Assembly (NCBI RefSeq): GCF_009914755.1
Contig: NC_060925.1
Direction: 5' to 3' (one strand)
Length of the DNA stretch: 64,000 nt
From: the human T2T-CHM13v2.0 reference genome, Homo sapiens
Positions 17,939-30,337 of this stretch are shown here, piece after piece; position 1 is the stretch's first letter, and each line of letters opens with the position of its first letter. The notes below the pieces were generated by a model. The model saw only the letters and a program-made list of their open reading frames with translations, was not told where the DNA came from and made no database searches. Position numbers and translations under genes: made by a program.

Positions 17939-18328
17939 TATATTAGCCTGCTAGGGTTGCCATAACAAAATCCCACAGACTGGGCAGCTTAAACAACAGA
18001 AATTTAGATTTTCTCATATTTCTAGAGGCTAGAAGTCCAAGATCAAGGTACTGTCAGGATTAGTTTCTATGAGGCCTCAGTTCCTGGCTTGTAGACAGTC
18101 GCCGTCTTGCTGTGTCCTCATGTGGCCTTTCTTCTCTGTGTGTCCGGAGAGATCCCTGGTGTCTCTTCCTTTTCTTATAAGGGCGCCAGTTCTGTTGGAC
18201 TAGGACCCCCTGCTTCTTAGCCCATTTTACCTTAATTACCTCCTAAAGGCCCTGTCTCCAAATACAGTCTCATTGGACGTTAGGGCTTCAACACAAGAAT
18301 TTGGGGGGACACAATTCAATCCACAACA
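17939..18328 (-). mobile_element. MaLR LTR (MLT1-type)
   Basis: gctagggttgccataacaaaat...ttcaatccacaaca. Confidence 0.8.
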
Positions 18329-18646
18329 CAATGCAGAATTCCTAATAGCTCTATTCCTGCCATGCTCATCCTTGTTATTACTGAATACATGAATTCCAGC
18401 TTTTTATGTTAAATGATGTTATATAAGTGATATAGTATTCAAGAAGAAAACTAATACAATGAAGTGGCAGAGAAGTTCCCCAATATAGTGTAAAGTTATG
18501 GGTTCATATCTGCACATTCTAACTTTCTCAAAGTATGAAAATACTCGGTCATTATCAAAGAAATTATTTTCGTTAAAAGTACACTTAACTAAAACAGCAC
18601 GATTTATGGTTACTTAGACTAACACAAACTTTTCTCTTTTTTCCAG

Positions 18647-19089
18647 ATTATTATGGAGATATTTTGGTAAAAATGGAAAATAATGTAATATTTTATTCCA
18701 AGATTAATACTAGAGATGCAGTAAAGCTGCATTTATGGACAAATTACACAACAAGAGCATTCATTTTCTTAAGTACATCTGGTCAAACATATTTCCTGTA
18801 TGCTTTGGATGATGGCACAATACAAATACAGGACTATCCCTTACATCTGGAAGCACAAAGTATAGCTTTCACAACAAAAGACAAATGCCCATACATGGCA
18901 TTTCATAACAATGTTGCTCATGTTTTTTACTTTTTGGACAAGGGAGAGGCTCTGACAGTTTGGACTCAGATCGTCTATCCAGAAAACACTGGTCTGTATG
19001 TTATTGTGGAATCTTATGGCCCAAAAATATTACAAGAGAGTCATGAGATTTCCTTTGAAGCTGCCTTTGGATACTGCACCAAAACTCTG
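18647..19089 (+). CDS. CATSPERE: CatSper-epsilon coding exon (443 nt, phase 1 to 0; DYYGDILVKMENN...GYCTKTL)
   Basis: Acceptor ttttttccag/AT completes G+AT=Asp; donor CTG/gtaagc. Confidence 0.95.
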
Positions 19090-19382
19090 GTAAGCTAATA
19101 TTTTAAATTTCTTCATTTGATTTTAATAAGTATAAAAGTATAATATTAACATTTTTGTAAATGGATTTCCCTTCTAGGCTCAGCTGGGAAAATGTTGAGG
19201 AATGTCTGAGTTTTTAATAAATAAAAACACAATAAGCCATTCATTCCCAAGCCATTATTTTTGCTTTCCATATCCAAGCCCTCTTTGCCACCTAATAACA
19301 CATTCCTTCAAAACTCATTGTCAATTGTATTGTTCACTTCTTCTTCTTTTTTTTTTTAATGCATGGCTTTCCTGTAGACTCC

Positions 19383-20166
<784 letters not shown>

Positions 20167-20174
20167 ATAATAGG

Positions 20175-22924
20175 TGTTATAAGTAAAATGTTTACTTAGA
20201 AACAGAATGCTTGTTCTTTGGTACTACAAGAAAAAAACAGCATTTAGACAAAAAATTTTCTTAGCAAGGCAGTTTTAGTTTCTGCAGAAAGGGTGCTCCT
20301 CACAGATGGAACAATGGCAAGAGTGCACCTGAATAAAGGAGGGAAGCAATTTTTATCCTTTACAGGGCTTGTCCTTGCTACTGTGTCTTGTCTCCATTGA
20401 CTGAAGCTAGACCTCACAATCTAAGCTGAACCTGACGGGCTAATAATTTAAAACTTTCCTAAATAGGTAAAGGCAATAGGGAACAAAGGAAAAAAGGAGG
20501 TTGCTTACGAAAAGACTTAGAAAAATAATAACATTCCTAAATAATAAAGGGGCATAGACTGCGAACTGGAACATGCCTGTGAGCACGTCCAGCACAGATA
20601 TCTCGGTTAAAGTACAAGGACACAGGATGTACTACATGCCTGTGAGCATGTCTAACAGCTACATAGGATAGGGCTTAGCAAAGAGTTATTAGCACAAAGT
20701 AAGGAGGCTTGAAGGCTTGAAGGAAGTTAGTCTTTAAAAGAAACTATTATTTCTAACACTTATGATTTATTCTTTAACAAGAAGGGAAACTTTGAAGAGG
20801 AAACTTTTTATTTTTACAATTCCTTCCTCTTGATTTTATAGTTTTTTTCTCTTCAAACTTTTTTTAACATGTTTGGCTTAGCTGTTTTGCTTGAGTTTTT
20901 AAAAGAAAAAGTTTTTCTGGTTGATGAAATGCTAGAGTAAAATGGATAGCCAGTTGAACTAGAGCACAAATACTGCTCTAATTATTTGGCAGAGTGTTCA
21001 GTAAATGTCCTCTATAATACTATTATACATTTGCTTAGGGATGAATAAGGGCGGACTGATGGGTCAGCTCTTGGAAGTGTCTGACTTCACTGCATCCTGT
21101 TAAGTTTCTAAGAAACTTAACAAACTTTAATAGTTTTATATTCAGGAGGCCTAATTACTTTTAAATTATACAATATTTCTTGCATAAATTCCCTTTTATA
21201 ACTTTTTTTATGACTTTCACAGACAATCTTTGACATGCCTTAACTTTCTGACTTCTTTTTACACTTTTTCTTCCTAGTCTTACCTTCTGTGTCTTTCTCT
21301 GATCTCTGTCTCTTTCAGTCTCTCGCTCACTTATTCTCTCCCTCTATCTCTCTCTCTCATTTGCGCTGTCTCCCTCCTGAGTTCTCCCACTCTTGCAGCT
21401 GGCAGGGCCAGGCAATGGCATGGGCCCTGCCCCAGAGCATGTGCCGCCATCTGTCTCTCCTGTTTCTTTCTGATTTTCCTTTTTACTTTCTCCCTTCCTC
21501 TCTTACACTTAGTTTCTTGGGCTGGGTGGGATCCTTGTGGCCACAGCCCAGGCCCCGGGCTGTTGCTGGCCCAGAGGCTTGGCAGGTGCCTGCCGTAAGT
21601 TGTACGATCATGCTCTTTCACCTCCTCTGCTCTCCTCCTGGCACCAGTCCTTGACCTCTTCTTCCACGCAGAGCCAGGCTAGGGAGAGGGACCTACCTCT
21701 TGGCTGCCGGGCTGCGCGGCATGGTATCCTGGCCCCGGCACACTCACACTTTCCTGCTCAGCTCTAACTTGCAGGCGTCCATGGCCAGCTGTCCTCCGAG
21801 GGTGGCAGGACGTACCTGAGCAGCACAGAAGGCTTGGGGCTCGACAGCTGGTGGCCTGGATGGCTCTAGCTGCATGGCTGGGTGCGAGGAGAGCATCCTA
21901 GCCACTGCCACTCTTCCAGGTGCTAGTAATCTACAACAATGTGGAGCTGCGCTTGCTGCTGTTGCTCTCTTTCTCTCTAACTTCCTCTCCTAGTTTCTCT
22001 TTCCTCTCTGCTGGTCTTTCCCTTGCCTCTGCCAGCCGCCTACGCTGCTGTTCTCCCCTCTCCTTCCCTTTCCCCTAGGGAGCAGCTGGTGGGAGTGGAG
22101 CTTAGCCTCTTTCTTCCACCGAGAAGAGAGGAAAGGGAAGTTTTGAATATTTTTCCTATTGCTGGAGGATTGTGTGAGGTTCAGTCTCTCCCTAATGGGG
22201 ATTTTTCACCTCTTTTTAACCTCTAAGACACCCTAAGAAATACTTCACCGCCTCCCATGGCTTTTCTTTCCTTAGTCCTGACTAAGGAATGCTCTACTGC
22301 CTCTGCGGTGTCTGTTTCCTTGGTATATCCTGTCCAAGGAATGTTTTACCACCCTGCGGCTTTCTTTCCTTAGTCCTGACCACCAAGGAAATACTTTACC
22401 GGCTCCTCCAGTGTTTCCTTCCTTGGCTCGTGCACAAGGTTACCTGGTCCACGTGGTATGTGAGGATCCTTTACTCCAGGTTGCCAGCCAGTTTCTTTCC
22501 ATATTGCTGAGAGTCCAGATTTATTCATCATACTGAGTGGGTCTCAATTCCTTACCCCTGAGGCCACTGCAGTGAGGCAGTGGGGCACCTCCTCATTAGA
22601 GAGGACTAGAGACTGCCCCCAGAGGAAAGTGTATCCCTGTATGGGTCACCATTTTGTTGTAAGTAAAATGTTTATCCAGAAACAGAATGCTTGTTTCTCG
22701 GTACTGCAAGGAAAAATTAGCATTCAGATAAAAAGTTTTCTCAGCAAGGCAATTTTACTTTCTGCAGAAAGGGTGCTCTCGCCATTGCTCCATCTGCGAG
22801 GAGCATCCTTTCTGCAGAAAGTACAATTGCCTTGCTGAGAAAACTTTTTATCTGAATGCTAATTTTTCCTTGCAGTACTGAGAAATAAGCATTCTGTTTC
22901 TGAATAAACATTTTACTTATAACA
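20175..22924 (-). mobile_element. Internally deleted HERV-I (LTR10-type) provirus: 3' LTR 20175-20818, internal 20819-22654, rearranged 5' LTR 22655-22924
   Basis: TG...CA LTR ends; PPT aagaggaaggaat on minus strand next to 20818; PBS TGGTGACCCATACAGGGA (22651-22634) matches the tRNA-Ile 3' end at 15/18; ATAGG TSD. Confidence 0.85.
22655..22924. repeat. Long inverted repeat (~124-bp arms, ~22-bp spacer) made of LTR U5
   Basis: Arms differ at 6 positions; explains the mirrored ORFs 22572..22838(+) and 22741..22971(-). Confidence 0.95.
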
Positions 22925-23184
22925 ATAGGTATAAATATACTGTGTATATTATTTTGTATAGTGCATTTCAAATTAATATCATAATGTGAGCATTTTACAT
23001 GTTACTTCAATTTCTTCTTAAAAACTGTGTAACTCAAATGGCAGTTTCTGTTCCCCACCTTCCATTTCTAGGCTCAGCTTCCTTAAGCACATAGAATAGT
23101 GAGCCTGCTATCTGATACAATGGAATGGAAGTGGTCAGTTAATTCCAAAGTCAGTGAAAGCAGAGAATAATAAAAAGTGAAACC

Positions 23185-23248
23185 AATATATGTGAAACAT
23201 TTTACTTTAACTTAAATATATATGAAACATTTTACTTTAACTTAAATA
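23185..23248. repeat. 30-bp tandem duplication
   Basis: aatatatRtgaaacattttactttaactta x2. Confidence 0.9.
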
Positions 23249-23745
23249 AATGAACATACTTTTCATATAGGACCAAAGCCTTTTCTTTAAAATAGGTCCA
23301 TTTATTATAGTTCTTCATCTCCTTTCTTATGTAACCTTGCTCATAATGCATCATTTCTGAGTTCCTATTTCAGTTTCTTTAAGATAAAGAAAAAAAATAC
23401 TTGAAGGCACTGGAAAAGCAACTGAAACTCTAGAATTTTATAATTTTTTTCAGTTTTTTAGTATTACCTTGTTCATACCTACTAATTCAGCAATTTCTTC
23501 AGTGACTTGCTTTATCAAAATTTTCCAAAAAAGTCAACTTAGTTCTCAGGGAAACAGTAACTCTACTTTCATTTGATACTTATTTTATCAATCTATAATA
23601 TTATATATAATTACTTATTTTAAATAATCATATAATCTGGCATCAACAGATTTGGAAACAACATGGATTTAGATTTACATGCAGTCTCATGGATAGATCT
23701 TCAAACACAGAGTTGAATGAAAATTATAAGAAACTGTTTGAAATC

Positions 23746-24100
23746 TATCTTAGTCCATTTGGGCTACATAACAAAAATAACTCAAACCAGGTGGCTTATA
23801 ACAACAGAAATTTACTTTCTCATAGTTCTGGAGGCTGGGAAGCCCAAGATCAAGATGCCAGCAGACTTGGTCTCTGGTGAGGGACCGTTCCTCACAGACA
23901 GCGTCTTTTCACTGTGTCCTCACATGGCAGAAGGGGCAAGGCCACTCTCAGAGGCCTCTTTTATAAGAGCACTAATCCCATTCAGGAGGCTGTGCCCTCA
24001 TGACCTAATCACCTCCCAAAGGGCTCCACCTCCAATACTATCATGTTGGTGATCAGGTTTTAACACATAAGTTTTAGAGGAACACATTCAGACCATAGCA
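23746..24100 (-). mobile_element. MaLR LTR (MLT1A-like)
   Basis: tcttagtccattt...cattcagaccatagca. Confidence 0.85.
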
Positions 24101-24462
24101 CTATCAGTGTAATAACATTTATGAATATTACAAATACATACACATAAATAACAAACAAAAAGGCATTATACGTATTTCAAGGATACAAAGATACCAAAGG
24201 CATATTTTCAAGGATACAAACATAGTTGTTTGATATATGATCTATTGCTACCTACTATGGGGGAAGATGATACAGGGAAAAAATAAAGTATGATAAATAA
24301 AATAGGACTGGATTGATAATGTACCAAAATAAAAGGATATATTTAACTCTTGGTTTTCTTTCCAAGAATTTGATTATAGTATACAGTTGATTCTTGAACA
24401 ATGTGGGGATTGGGGCACCAACCCCTGCCCAGTTGAAAATCTGGTATAACTTTTACTGGTTT

Positions 24463-24767
24463 ATTTGTTGGTTTGTTGGTTTGTTTTGAGATGGAGTTTC
24501 ACTCTTGTTGCCCAGGCTGGAGTGCAGCGGTGTGATCTTGGCTCACCACAACCTCCACCTCCTGGTTCAATTGATCTTCCTGCTTCAGCCTCCCTAGTAG
24601 CTGAGACTATGGGTGTGCACCACCACGCCCAGCTAATTTTTGTATTTTCAGTAGAGACAGGGTTTCACGCTGTTGGCCAGGCTGGTCTCAAATTCCTGAC
24701 CTCGTGATTCACCTGCCTCGGCCTGCCAAAGTGCTGGGATTACAGGTGTGAGTCACCACACCCGGCC
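24463..24767 (-). mobile_element. AluS inside the Tigger2 element
   Basis: TSD tggtataactttt. Confidence 0.93.
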
Positions 24768-24967
24768 GTGGTATAACTTTTGACTCCCCAAAAGCTTAAC
24801 TACTAACAGCCTACTGTTGACTGGAAGCCTAACCTAAACAGCCTATTAACACATATTTTATATGTATTATATGCTGTATTCTTACAATAAAGTAAGCTAG
24901 AGAAAAGAAATGCAATTAAGAAAATCATAAGGAAGAGAAAACACATTTACTGTAGACCTCAGTCTAC

Positions 24968-25134
24968 AGCTATATATATATAGCTCTCTCTCTCTGTCTC
25001 TCTCTCTCTCTCCCTCTCTCTCTATATATACAGGTATATATATATACACACACATATATATATATACAGGCATATATATGGGTACATATCTATACAGGTA
25101 CATATATATGTATACAGGTTATATATATAGGTGC

Positions 25135-25181
<47 letters not shown>

Positions 25182-25190
25182 GGTACATAT
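24968..25190. repeat. Compound (TA)n/(TC)n/(CA)n microsatellite
   Basis: Read directly; lies inside the Tigger element. Confidence 0.9.
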
Positions 25191-26059
25191 CAATCATTTC
25201 AACATTTTTTTTCATTTCTCTTTTTTTGTTTTGTTCTGTTTTTCAATTTTCCCTCTCGTTCAACATTTTCTTGTGATGTCATGACTTTTCTTTGCTTGGG
25301 AGCACCTTCCACAGAATCACTAGTGGCACCCTCTATGGGCCCATGGTGTTATTCAAGGTTTACAGTATTGCACTAAACATGATAAAAAAAATATGCAAGA
25401 ACCACAAGAGATCAGTTTTTGCTGTGATATGCAATTTACTGGAAGGACGAACTGCCCACAGGATGACTAGTGTCACACAGCATTTTAAGCAGATACTCAC
25501 AACACTTGAGCTCACAGCAATAGCAATCGGAGGTGGCTGTGAAATGATCACATAGTACAGTGTGTACTGTAGTTAATTTCATGCAGTTATGGTTTATTAC
25601 TGCACCTTTACATTTGTTTATATTTCTCTCAACTGCAAATGGCGCCATGTGTGGTCTGTAAATGTTTGTGTAAGTTTTGATAAATTTTAACTTTACAGTA
25701 GATCTGTATATATTTTATGGTAGCAAATGATAAAATAGACTAGTATCCACATATATTTTATGTACTCGTGAAACACCTTTTTCTTAATTTTTTCAGTATT
25801 CTAGGCTACATGGTTCAACTGTGAGTTTTTTCAAATTGCCACAAATCTCCAAAAAACTTTCCAGTATACTAATTGAAAAAAAATCCCATATATAAGTGTA
25901 CTTGCATAGTTCAAACATGTGTTGTTCAAGGGTCTACTGTATATTTGTGTATTTGCAACTCAGACCTTCAAACTACTAGTTATTCATAAAAAATATACAA
26001 ATGACCAATGGCAATGAAACATTGCATTTTGCAAAAATACAAAATTTGCATTTCTAATT

Positions 26060-26625
<566 letters not shown>

Positions 26626-27044
26626 ATAGGGCACTTTTTTCTTAACATTTAACATCTCTGAAATCAGGATGAGTCTTACATCCTATAGGAATTGAGGCTC
26701 AATGAAGTACAATAGTATATTATGAAAGCACCTTGCTTATATAATGCAGGCTGGGTCACTGTAACTTCACGGACTAATTATTGGCTAGTATGATGCTAAG
26801 CATCATAGCTAATCATTTGTTTTTTAAAAATGAATATAACACCCACATAGAAAAGTAAATAAAACATTTATGCATAATTTAGCAAATTATTGTAAACCAA
26901 ACACCCACGTAATCACCATTCACGTCAAAAAAATATAACATCAGAAGTACCCAAAGCCCTCCTGTGTTTTCCCTGATCAGAATTGTCTCCTTTTCCAGGT
27001 TAAACATTAGTCTGACTTTTGTGGTAATAATTTCCTTACTTTTC

Positions 27045-27361
<317 letters not shown>

Positions 27362-28120
27362 CTTTTCTTAATAGTTTCACAACCTACATATGCATCACTA
27401 AGTAATATAGCTAAGCTTTGTCTATTTTTGAACTTCATATGAAGGGAATCATTGCATGTATATTATATACACACATCCATCCATAAACATCTACATATAT
27501 TGTATTTTTGTCTTGCTTTTGTCTTTGAATATGACGCTTATGAAAGTCCATGTTGTTTTCTGTAGCTGTCATTCATTCATACTCACTGATATATTGTGTC
27601 ACTCTGTATGAATGTACTACAAGATATCCTTAGGCATTTTACTGTTGATGAACATTGGTCTGTTTCTATTTGGAGGCTATTCTGAATAATGTTACAATGA
27701 ATATTTTAGTATATACCTCCTGAAAAGCACATATAAACATTTCTGTCAGGTAGAATTACTTTTATGTGAGATTCTTGGTGAGGCTATGAATTCAATTTAT
27801 ATTATAATTTTGCAACATTTTATTATGGAAAATGTCAAACATACAGAAAAGTTGAAAGAATTTTACATTTAACAGCTCTATATCTATACCCACTATGTAC
27901 ATTAATATTTTATTATATTTGCGTACTTGCTTTATTACGTATCTATGCACCTGTCTATCCACCAGTCAATCTTGTTGATTACTTACACGTGATGAACATC
28001 ATTACATACCCTAATGAAGGCATTTTACATGCCTAGATGTAGAAAGCCATATGCTACTAAAGTGGGATCACCACCCCCAATTTCCCTGCTTTACATAAAT
28101 TTTAAATTTTCTTTTTTCAG

Positions 28121-28179
28121 ACACTAACATTTTATCAGAATGTAGATTATGAGAGAATATCTGATTACTTTGAGACACA
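28121..28179 (+). CDS. CATSPERE: CatSper-epsilon coding exon (59 nt; TLTFYQNVDYERISDYFET)
   Basis: cttttttcag/ACA ... CA/gtaagt; phase 0 to 2 matches both neighbours. Confidence 0.92.
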
Positions 28180-28636
28180 GTAAGTATAACTTTTAAAAGA
28201 ACTTTCTCAGTATCAAATATGCTACTCAGGTTATTGATTTGTGGGTGTTCTTTTATTTAAATGGCCTCATATTCTTTTAAATATTCAAATTTCAGATTCC
28301 TTTCAATGTCTGGATAGATGTAAAATTAATATTTAGCTGTATAAAATGTAAAATACTCCTTGTAGTTGAATAAGAAACATGACCTATCTGAATTTCTCAT
28401 TCATCCAAATGAAGATGCAAAAAAAGGGCTGTTTCTTAGTTGAATAATTTTCAAGCACATTTTATCACTAGTTCCCATCTCAAAGTTTCTACATACCATC
28501 ACTAGCATAAATAAGAACTCTGATATCACAGAAACTCTTTATGCATAGAGCCAGATAAAATGCTGTCTTTGACTACTGCAGTAAGGTAGCAGCTAGGCTA
28601 CCTGGAGGAAGACAACCAACATGGAATTCTGTGTGA

Positions 28637-29055
<419 letters not shown>

Positions 29056-30137
29056 CTACTCCAAGTGAGTTTGACTACCTGCTCTATGCCAAGCACTTTC
29101 TAGGTATTTAAAATACAGGGTAAATGAGAAAGATGAAGTTCTAGTGTCATGGAACCCATTCTCCAGTGAGAAAACAGCCAATCATCAAATAAGTAATTTC
29201 AAATACTGGTAAGTGCTATGAAGAAAACAGAATTTGATATATATATATATAAATCAGTGACAGAGACTGATCAGGAAGAGTAGGGAGAAATGCTGCTTTC
29301 GACTCCATAGCCAGGAGAGGCTGAATTCCTTTCTTTCCCTTTCACCCACCAACTTATCTCTTTATGCTCCTAATGGTCTAGGTTCCTTTGGATATTTATG
29401 GTTTTGTGGATATTTACTAAGATTTACATTGCTATAGAATACACGTAAAATTGCCAAGGACACTTTTTATGTTTGTTTGTCCTCATTTTTTTTTGACAAA
29501 AAAAACCTTAGCAGGTGTAGGTATAAATCAAACTTTCACGTTTTCTTCTATTATTTTTTAGCCCTCACGTTTTGCCTGAACACAAAATGATTCTTGTGCA
29601 CTTCATAGTGGAGAAAGGCATTCTATCTGACCTAGCTTTCAATCCCAGTCAGATCATATTAGACCATTTAATGTGGCTCAGAAAACTAATTTTACAACTC
29701 ACTCTTTATTGTCCAAAGGTGCTATCAATACGAGGGGAAAACGGGTAGGAGCCAGAGGAGGAACCCACACAGTGGCTGCCACCTTCAGGTCGAGATGTCA
29801 GCAGCAGAGCCCCATTGCCCAGGGACTGTGTGAATGAAATAGGGTGGTTGAAATGCTGGTAGGATGCTCATTTCTGCTTCCCATCGCATTAACCCTATGG
29901 TGGCCAAAACATGGGATACGATGAGGTGGGAGCAACTTTACAATAGGACTAGCATGCAGAGCTGTCTTAGCAGAAGCAGAGAGCTGTTACCAGCAGCACC
30001 ATCCTCCAGGCCTCTAGAAATTGGCGTGGGAGGTCAATCACACCGTGCACATGGGACTTTGCACTTGCTCTACAGAAAGACAGTGTCATGCCTGTCTCTC
30101 ACATGATACAATAACCTGTACGAATTGTTTCTCCTAG

Positions 30138-30213
30138 AGACAAGCACACGGGTCTTGTGCTGGTTCAGTTTCGACCTAGTGAATATTCAAAAGCATGTCC
30201 AATAGCCCAAAAG
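30138..30213 (+). CDS. CATSPERE: CatSper-epsilon coding exon (76 nt; QDKHTGLVLVQFRPSEYSKACPIAQK)
   Basis: ttctcctag/A ... AAG/gtaagc; phase 2 to 0. Confidence 0.92.
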
Positions 30214-30281
30214 GTAAGCGACATGGGCTGAAGACCCAAATATTTCACTTCAAGAATGTATAGGCGGTCAACCAAATAATG

Positions 30282-30337
30282 CATACAATACCTCCGTACA
30301 ATACCTCCATGCAATACCTCCATACAATACCTCCATA
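30282..30337. repeat. 13-bp tandem repeat, ~4.3 copies (catacaatacctc)
   Basis: Read directly. Confidence 0.9.

Larger units (their letters stand above)
24384..25939. mobile_element. Tigger2-family non-autonomous DNA transposon carrying an Alu and a compound microsatellite
   Basis: TA flanks; TIRs cagttgattcttgaacaa / ttgttcaagggtctactg. Confidence 0.8.

Noticed and set aside
20175-22924. Reading the element as a DNA transposon with ~150-bp TIRs
   Set aside because: PBS, PPT and a complete LTR show retroviral origin; the apparent TIRs are U5 copies
22572-22971. Two near-identical ORFs on opposite strands (KMFIQKQNA...)
   Set aside because: By-product of the LTR palindrome; no sign of a real protein
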